This document shows positions 54,626-64,000 of a stretch of DNA of 64,000 nt, one piece after another. The position numbers and the translations under genes are program-made. The notes below the pieces were generated by a model. That model was not told the DNA's origin and did not search any database. It was given only the letters and a program-made list of their open reading frames with translations. Within the stretch, counting starts at the first letter, position 1, and each line of letters opens with the position of its first letter. This stretch comes from Paragordius varius. Lineage: Eukaryota > Animalia > Nematomorpha. The stretch covers positions 2,046,001 through 2,110,000 of the forward strand of contig OZ176056.1 in assembly GCA_964247055.1 (NCBI GenBank). The letters run 5' to 3'.

Positions 54626-57600
54626 GACATACATATAAATGCTAGGTATCACTTTTTTAGATAAACACCCAAAATTTTTGATAAATTATAACTCCACATT
54701 AACTTTTTATATTAAAAAATATAAAAGTATATTAACTATACTATATATACATATCCATTTTCAAAAAAACATTTCAACATTTTTATATATTATAACTCTT
54801 GTATGAACATTTTTGTCAAAAGTTTTAAAAGTTAAAATAGATTTAAAAGATAGAAGTTTCAAAATAGATTTAAAGGAATACTGTCTAGCCTCATCTCGGT
54901 TTTCACCCCACGAAAAGCAATGCCCAAACTGGGAATCGGCAAATTCATGCAAACCACCCGAAGCTCCAACACTAAAATATCCCCAAATATTTTTGTTACT
55001 CCGGAAATTTAGTTCCTAAGCAACCAAAAAATGTAAGTTAGAAAATATTAATAAATAAATGATTGAATATAAGTTTAAAATGGATATTCAAGGTAAAAAT
55101 TGGATTTAAAAAAAATCATATAAAAATATATTATTTCATGAGTAATTGTCATTTCTAGATCACAATTCCAGTTTGATAATTTCTTATAATACAATACAAA
55201 ATTTTTAAGTTAAGAATAAAACTTCCCCTAAACCAAAAATGGATGTGTTGTTTTAATCTAAAATTTATATATTCTTAATTAAGGTAAATATTAATAAAAG
55301 GCGCTCTTATATTATTTAATTTTTATACAGATATATTACGTCAAGCAATGGATTGTTACTAATACCTATTGTTATGGCTTAAAAATAAGGAATAGTTGAA
55401 TTAGTAACAAAATTATCGAATATTTTTCATGTGGTATGTTTAAATTATACCAAAAATATATATTTTATGGCACATATAAGTTGTATAAAAATAATCTCTT
55501 TTTTAACCTCAAAAAATCACAATTTTACAAAAACACCAAATAAAAACTAACACAACTTTACAAAACTTATAAAACCCTTAAAATCAAATATTTTACAACA
55601 AAAAAAATTAAAAAAAAGTCACTTGAATTTGCCCCGATGTTGGTTTAAAACCTTCGTCAGGATTTTCGCTCGTTATCCTACAAGCTATGACATGTCCCCG
55701 TGGTCGGGGTTTATACTGAGAATCTACGCTGGCTGCTGATAAGATTGAATATCCATCAGTAATGGAATTATTTAAGCGTTGATTTCGAACCAAAATATTT
55801 TCTAGCGGGCCGCTAGAATTAGCATTTTCGTTTTCATTAATAAAATTTTCAGATATTTCAGTTTTTTGGCTTGAAATTTGCATTTTAATATTTTGGTTAG
55901 TAAGGGGAGTTTCCGTAACAGCTTGTTTTATCATGGCATTTGTATTATTAGTTAGTGGTACTAAAAAAACAGCATAAAAGATTAATAAAATAAGGCATTT
56001 AAGAATGAATCTAGGCAAATTTTGTGTTAAAGCAAATTATATGTATTTGAATATAACTTAAATAGTTTAAAAAGTTTATAATCTATATTATTAAAATAAA
56101 TCTTATTTACAATTCAAAATAAGATGGATATATCTAAAAAATTATTTTTCTCCCATTTAAATTGGTTATGAATATAATTTTATATTATAAAAAATTATTA
56201 TAAAATTATTTTATAACTATATAAAAACCCGCAAAAATTTCTATATCATTTTTCCAAATAATTATTGGAAATAAATTTATATTTTATGGTCAAAAATTAA
56301 AAATATCATAAAAATATGTACTTTGAAGAGGTGTTTCCACCATAAACCACGGAGATAAACCCATATAAACTCGAATATCTTTTATACGGTAAAGTGGTAA
56401 GCCCATAGCAATCTAAAAAAATAAAATTTGAACAAATAATAAATTAAAAGTAATATATTTGTACATAATTTAAGACAAAATTTTTAAAATACATATTTTA
56501 TTTAGTATTGTAATAAATAGACTTATGAATTAAAAAATATTGGTTTTGGCAGAATTAATTATTACAATAAAATTGGAAAATCATCAAACAGACTTAATAT
56601 ATATATACAGTATGAAGTTTATGGTTTCTTATTTCACACTAAAGTTGGGCAATTCGCAACACGCTTGTGTATGGAAAAAAAGAAAAAAAATACAACATTC
56701 TCTTGTTTTTTTCCACACACTACTATGTTGCAAATTGCCAAACTATTTCCACACATTTATTAATAATTATACCATACAGGTTAATTTTTTAATAACGTAT
56801 GCAATTACGATTGTCGATTAAACTATAAAGTGTATGATTAATTTTTCGACATAATAAGATAATTTTTTTAAGGAAAAATTTAAGGAAAAGTATTAAAAAA
56901 TAAGGTATTTTTTGTGATAAAATACTTAACCCTTATAATATAATTTTCGTAACATAACTAAAATTCGTGCTTTAATTATTGTCTAAAATACCATTTACGC
57001 TTCAAATTGACCCTTTGACAATTCAAATTCACCATAAGATAATTATGTATTCAAGATTAGAAATTATATTTAATTTAAAATATTTTTAAAATAAGAAATT
57101 CTATTTAGAATTAATATAATATTAAAAAAATAATAGACTATACCATAAGAATATATTTTATTCTAATGATGAGTTAAATTAGCCCAAAAACACATAATTT
57201 ATTTTTAGGGTAAATTTGAATTGTTCGAGAGTGAAATTAAATTGTTCAAGGGTGAATTTCATTTAATGGTATATATTTAATTAAAAAGCAACGAAAAATT
57301 CGGAAATTATATTACATAACATTGTTAGATTAAACTATAAAACTTTTATAAAAACTCCTAAATAAAACATATTAGATATATGACACACAAATACATATAT
57401 ATACCTGTAATTGACAAGCCGGTAAATTAATGTCACAAATCATTTCAGTACATGGGTGTTCAACTTGAAGTCTAGGATTTAGTTCTAAAAAGCAAAAAGT
57501 CCCTTTCGCCGTATCATACAAGTATTCAACAGTTCCTGCACTAACGTAGCCTACCATACGAGCTAATCTTACAGCGGCCTACATGTATATAAAAAGAGTT

Positions 57601-57708
57601 TTTTTCTATTCGCAACACATTGGAATAGTTTATTAAATTGTGGACAAAATTTGTTTTATCTTATATGCTACTGTGTTACATTATGTGAATTGGATAACAC
57701 AAATGTTA

Positions 57709-57748
<40 letters not shown>

Positions 57749-60700
57749 TTGCAAATATTACAGTATAATAAAAAAGAATATTTATGGTAATTTTAATTTT
57801 TCTAAAACAAATGTAGCTACTTCTATGAGCCTAAAACAGCTTAAATCCAAATTATAGATTGTGCAAATCTAGTTACGTTGGATAATAAAACTTACATTAT
57901 TTTGACAAAAACGAACAATTCTGTGAATTTGGCTGTGAAGATGAATACATACATTGATAAGGCAAGTTTGTTATAGGCTATAATATAAGCTATTATAAAA
58001 AGCATCACAAGACTCAGTATTACCTTTTCGCTAGCTCACAAGAAACTTACACTTTTTGGTGTTTTTTTTAAAAATAATATCATATTGACCAAATATTAGA
58101 ACATATCTATCATTTAATTTTCAATTTTTAACACAATTTAATTACCTAATACCTTTTAATAGTCCCCAAAACCAAAAAGCTCTAAAACTTTAACCTTTTC
58201 CATTTCTTCAATCACGTGAGCGGTTGCTATGGTAACCGGTGCTTCCTCAATAATCTTTTGATGACGTCTTTGAATGGAACAATCTCGACCAAACAGAGAA
58301 ATAGCTGTTCCATAACTATCAGCCAGCAATTGAACTTCCAAATGCCGACAATGGCTAGCAAGGGCCATCAAGAAAATGGGTGATCCTGGGACTTCAGTTT
58401 GCACCTTTTAGAGAATTGTATTATAAAATTTTATTAGTGATTTTAGCTCAAATACGTAATTTTATATTTCGTTTATCACGCTAGTTTTTGCAATATGTGT
58501 ATACTGTGGTATTAACAATTTCCTTGCATGAATAAATAGAAAAAATTATTGTAATTGCACCATAATTTAGTTTACGAAATGTCAATATTAAAATTGTGAT
58601 GAGAAAAAAATTTACATATTTTTTTAATAAACATATCTATATATATATGTATATTGAAAATCTTTTTTAATTATCATTACTGCTTAAAACTTATTATATA
58701 AATATAAACAGATGGATGGTTTTTTGAGGCAACTTAAATAGAAATTAACACACTTAGTAATATAATTTTTAAGAAAAAACATCAATCATAATAATTTGCA
58801 AATACTTAATAAATAAATCAATTTCCTTATTTTAAAACGCTTATATTGAACCAAATTTTTAGCTAATAAATTTCTAAAGGGATAAAAATTAATTTATCAT
58901 TTACTGTTTTTTTATAACCTATTGACACGGACATAACTCTTTGAAACAAATAATGTAAATTTAATAAATTAATAAATTTTTCAATTTTTTTTAAAAAAAA
59001 TTTTTTTAAAAAAATAAAAACTTACCTGTTTAAAAGCTATTGGGAAATCTTCAGGTTTTAATACTTTACGTATTCCTTTACCTCCACCACCTTCAGAAGC
59101 TTTAATCATAATGGGATATCCAATTTTTTTGCTCATCTAAAAAAATATTTTGTTCAAAATATTAAAAAATATAAAAATATATATATAAATGCCATAATTT
59201 TATTCAAATTTTAAGTAAAGACAGATATTTCTTTTTAAAAAGAAAAAAACTATTCTTTTAACCATATTTTTATTATCTAGTATATTTCGTTTTGGATTGC
59301 TATACAAGCGAAAAAAATGATATTTCGAAATTACATAAATCTCAATTATGCAGGTTATAATAAAATCAAAGATATATATATATATATAGTTTTATACAGG
59401 AAAAGTATTATTCGTCAGTTATTAAACATCGTAATTCACATTTGACAAAACCTTCAAAAAATTAATATATTATAAAATTAAAAAACTCTAAAACACCCTT
59501 AAAAACCCAAAAAACTCGAAAAAAAGTGTATTTAAACTTGTAATCCTTGTTCACAGTTTGAGATACAAGCCGATTCATAAATTTCCGTTGGGATCAAGTT
59601 ATTCAAATTATCCAAATCATAATAAGTTGCGGCGTTTTGCGATGCTGAAGTAGAAACACTATTTCCTACATTGGTTATTTGTTTGGTTGTTGAAACAGTA
59701 ATATTTTTAGTCATGAGGGATTGATTCGCAAAATGTTCGGCATTTATACTTTGTTGTAGGGAGCGACTTTTGACCTCTAAATTTTCAATCTCTATGCCTG
59801 CATTTAAGTTTCAATAATAAAATTATTTCAATTAAAAAATGGACAAAACGTACAAACAATAGGACAAATATTTTTTCAAAGGTCCGTTATATTGTTATTC
59901 TCACATAAACTGAATTAAAATTTAAAATTATGTAATTGAGTTAAATAACAATTTATATATCTATTTTTTGAAACCAAAACAATAAGTTAAATTAAAAAAA
60001 TCAAGATACAATAATATGGGTCTGATTCTTTTAGATTTCATGTTTTTTCTGTATAATTTGAATTTTTACTGTAAATTAACTAAGAAACGGTAATAAATTT
60101 TTATTTGTACATAATCTCAAGGTTATAATTAAAATATTTTTACATACTGGTTTTTGCTTAAGGTTTATAACATAATTATAATTTAAGAATTTGCTTTTTA
60201 AAAAATTATATTGCGGTAAATATTCCGATATAATTAAAAAATTAAGGCCAATATAAGACTCATATTAAGTTGCATCATTAAAATTATAAGCTATCACCAT
60301 AATTTATTTCAATAAAATATTTTTTACCATTCAACCATATATTTGTTCCTTATTTTAAGACTTTTTACGCACAATATTTTAAATATTTATAGTTTATAGC
60401 AGATATTAAAAACATGTAACTTATTTTCTAATTCTTTGACAATTCATGAATCATTTAAAATAGTTAAAATATCTATCTAATCTCTATGAAATCAGCATAG
60501 AAACGTACGCCCAAACTTATAGGTTTAAAGTTTAAATAGCCAGAATCCCTTAATAAAACAAAAAATATTTGTTGGAAAATTCCCCTTTAAATTCCATAAA
60601 AAGCATTATCTTATATATTCAATTTCTTAGCCAAAACTAACAAAACCATTTAAACCTTCGGTATTTTTAACCGTATTGAAAAACTCCCCTTTAAATTCTA

Positions 60701-62001
60701 AAACTCTCATTACCTTATCTATTAAATTAACTCACAAAACCATTTAAACCTTCGGTATTTTTAACCGTTAAACCACATTTCAAACCTTTAAATTCTAATA
60801 TCATATTCAATTCTTAACCAAACCAAAACTCACAATAACCGTTACAATAATAAAAATTAATAAAAATTCCTCAAAACCTAAAAACTTTAAAAGTTTAAAA
60901 ATCTCAACACAATATTTTTTCAAATCTAAACCTGATCCACTCCAAGCCAGGGTAGGAACATGCGCGCTTTGTGCAATCAGGGTAGAGGCTATTTTATCAC
61001 CCAGGGCATGCATAGCAAATGCCGATGGGCCCAAGAAGGCCAGGCAGCGGTCCGCTAAAGCGAAGGGCAGGGCCGGATTCTCACTGGCATGACCCCAACC
61101 GGCCCAAACTGCATCCGCCCCGGTCCGCACACAAATCTCTACAATGAGTTCAACGTTGGCGTAATTGTGATTGTTGGAACCGCCTGGAACCGGGACATAT
61201 TGATCCGCCATTTTTATGTACTCTATTAATCAAAATATTATAAGGAATTAATATAATATATATATATATATATATATATAAATATATAATTATGGATAGG
61301 AAGATATATTGAATATTTAAAAACTAAGCAATGATATATACTTTTCAATCATATATATTTTTAATTTATTTAATAAGATAATCCCTATAAGGACCCCGAA
61401 TATGGGAAAAATTCATAATTTATTTACGCATCAATCATGCTTTTTTAAAGAATATATTAAAGTTAAATTGTGTAATTTATAATTTAATCTTTTGTTATGA
61501 TATAAAAAAATTATTAATTTATATAAAATTTAAAATAATATAAAATGAATTGTGAATCAGAGGGTTGTATAAAACCCACAAACCATTTCGCTAAAGTTTA
61601 TTATAAAAATCGAAAAAGTTCAAGATCAGATAATTTTTTAGAAAATTTATTATATAAGAGGTGAAATTACAATTGCTTTTGCTTATAATTATTGATGTAT
61701 ATTTTACCAGCATTAGCTTTTAAATCTTCGGGAGTCACCATGACAACAAATTTTATCGCTCGTTCGTTTCGAAACATTTCGTATGCCCATCTTCGAATAG
61801 ATCGCATACATTTAACCGCAGCTATACCATTGTTGGCAATAAGGATCTAAATTTAAACGTTATAAAAATTACCTTTTGAATTAGAGTGGTTCCTCCAAAT
61901 TTTATAACAAATTCTTCGGGATTGGATAGCGTAAGCGAACCATGTTTTGAAGTACTTATATTATTAATTGATGTATCCAAAACACTAATATCGGATGACA
62001 T
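54073..62001 (-). CDS. ACC: Acetyl-CoA carboxylase, copy 2: exons 1-11 only (BC domain, 676 codons)
   Basis: Exons: 61873-62001, 61708-61846, 60932-61222, 59538-59797, 59026-59136, 58195-58404, 57405-57578, 56322-56412, 55623-55960, 54882-55015, 54073-54223. All are GT-AG and in frame. No exon 12 homolog occurs before the satellite. Confidence 0.95.
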
Positions 62002-63715
62002 AAAATTTGATTATAATAATTTAAAGCAAAAAAACACGCGTTTTTACGTGATTGTATGATATTGAAGCTGTGCCAATTTATTATACGAGAACAAGGGTAC
62101 TTTTGTTAAGCTCAAAATTATTTTTGTAGGTCCTTACTTATGATTTATTTATAAAGTATGGCAAATACTTTACTGTTGCAAAATACTAGCCAAATAAAAA
62201 CTAAAAAAAAATAATATTATAAATTCAAGATAAAAAAAGAGTTTATAAATTAGTTTAGAATATGTTTGGTAATTATGATTGGTGCTTAATATTTCGCGAT
62301 TACATATAGGGTGATTATTGATCGAGAGTGCTCCCAATGGTATCCAAATCTTAAAACACGTATTCTATGGCTTTGGTGCAGTGTGCGAAAATATATTTAA
62401 AACTGTATGATTTAAAAAAATTTACTTAACCTATTTTTTTGGTGTATATTTTAGAAAAAAACTAAAATTCTTTATATTTTTCCATTTTAACACTTTATAT
62501 CCTTTTGAGGTAGTGTTAATCATAAAAATATTTTAAGCGTTAGGCTAAATTTAATGATATGCTGTTTTAGCCTCTTAGTATGATAAAATAAGGTAAAAAT
62601 GCCTGTAAACTTTTTTCCTTAATATTTTTATATCGCAAATACAACAGGCAAATAAATGTATCATTATGAAAAAGCTTTCGGATTATAGAAATTTTTGATA
62701 TTTATCTAATATCAGCTACTTGCTTCAATCATGTTTTGGAGTTATCCGTTAGAATTAAAAATGTTAACTGTAAAAATTATAAATATTTTTATCTAGAAGA
62801 CATATTGAAAAACAATTTTCAGTCCAATTGATTTTGAAACCGTTATTTTACGAAAATCTCTGGATTAGAAAACCCCCTCAACATGCCATCTCGTACAGAT
62901 AATGTAATAAATTGTTGACCATTTATTTAGTTTTGGAGTGAGTCTTTGGTTTTAAGTGTGAAATTAAGAGTTAAGAAACTAGAATTTATAAAATATAACA
63001 CTTATCTAATAAATTTAAATTAATTTTTATTTTATGGTTCTGACGTACAAATACCCCAAAATATTTTTATCTATTCCACGTGCATAAAATAAAAGAAATG
63101 TTTATTCATTGAGGTAACATTTATAGAACAGCGGTTTATATATCAAAGGATATAGTTTGAAAAAATAAAAAGATAAAAGGGGAGTTAAATGGCTAAACTA
63201 AAATTATGTAATATAGGCATTTAAAAATACTTTATCAAATTTCAAACGTAAAAACAATTGTATCCCGTTTTTTCCAATAGGGTAGATGTACATGTAGATA
63301 TATTGTTTTAAACATTAATTTTTATAAGATTTTGTGAGCGAATGTTTGCCAATTATGATTTTCCTAATATTAGGTCGCACGTGAGGTCTTGGAGGGCCGC
63401 CTATTGGACAAATCTGGCTTGAATCAATTTTTTTCGAAGCATGTTATGGGCCGTTTTGAGATGTATTTATAATTATATATTTTTTCAGAAGCAATGCAGT
63501 TTCTGTTTTAAATTGTATTTTACAAGTTACATCTAATATTAACAATAAGTTACTAAACGATTAGTCTGCTTTATTTTTCCCTTCAATTTTCGAAATAAAA
63601 AAAAATCAAATTTATTTATTGGATAAACAACTTTGTGAATAGTTTTGCTACAATATATCTATAGTATTCATATGGGAAATCTTCCAAAAATATTATATAT
63701 TCAATAACAAATTAA

Positions 63716-63904
63716 TTATTCAGGCGCTGGCTTTAGATTTCCAATGGCTTCTTCCAAAACTTCTAAAATTATGAATTAAATACAGTTACAATTATAATTA
63801 TAATGTTTAACACTGTATGTTATAGTTTAAAATATATTTGTTATCTATATATATATATATATATATACCTTTTGATATTTCAGGATCCTCCAATCCTAAT
63901 GCAT
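63716..63904 (-). CDS. Last two exons of the duplicate micro-exon gene (continues beyond the window)
   Basis: 63869-63904 (ALGLEDPEISK, 36 nt) and 63716-63762 (EVLEEAIGNLKPAPE*, 47 nt). Splice sites, lengths and stop match 26309-26344 and 26178-26224. Confidence 0.7.
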
Positions 63905-64000
63905 CTAGGATTATTATAAAAAATTGTTTATTTGGTTAAAGTGGAATTTTATTAATCCAGTGTAGTAAATAACAAATAAGATAATGTATTAAGTATTGTT

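Larger units (their letters stand above)
51537..64000. other. Segmental duplicate of 7888-9663, 13330-13650 and 15960-26420
   Basis: Collinear matches: 51537-53309 = 7888-9663; ~53720-54060 = ~13330-13650; 54070-64000 = 15970-26420. Confidence 0.95.

Noticed and set aside
1-64000. rRNA/tRNA genes; bacterial accC or HGT origin of the BC-only gene
   Set aside because: No rRNA or tRNA-like sequence recognised; the ACC is intron-rich and animal-type.

Overview
Very AT-rich eukaryotic DNA with an animal-type ACC gene and GT-AG introns; I cannot name the species. The window holds about 1.5 copies of a ~38-44 kb duplicated unit: [167-bp satellite array] - [~1.8 kb block with orphan exons of an unidentified gene] - [5' part of an acetyl-CoA carboxylase gene, minus strand] - [upstream minus-strand micro-exon gene]. 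ACC copy 1 (24453->10201, 14 exons) encodes the biotin carboxylase (BC) domain plus the following linker. It carries a 5'-inverted RTE-like LINE with a 14-bp TSD and tandem echoes of both ends of exon 12. ACC copy 2 (62001->54073, 11 exons) stops at the end of the BC domain. Both copies have open frames and mostly synonymous differences, but neither has biotinyl or carboxyltransferase exons in the window. The most unusual element, invisible in the ORF track, is a candidate minus-strand gene (~39.4 kb -> 26178) built from ~39 tiny exons (6-71 nt). Most are multiples of 3 in phase 1-1, and the asymmetric ones include two frame-compensating pairs, resembling schistosome micro-exon genes. Several MITE families are scattered throughout. 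All exon calls are manual and need RNA confirmation.
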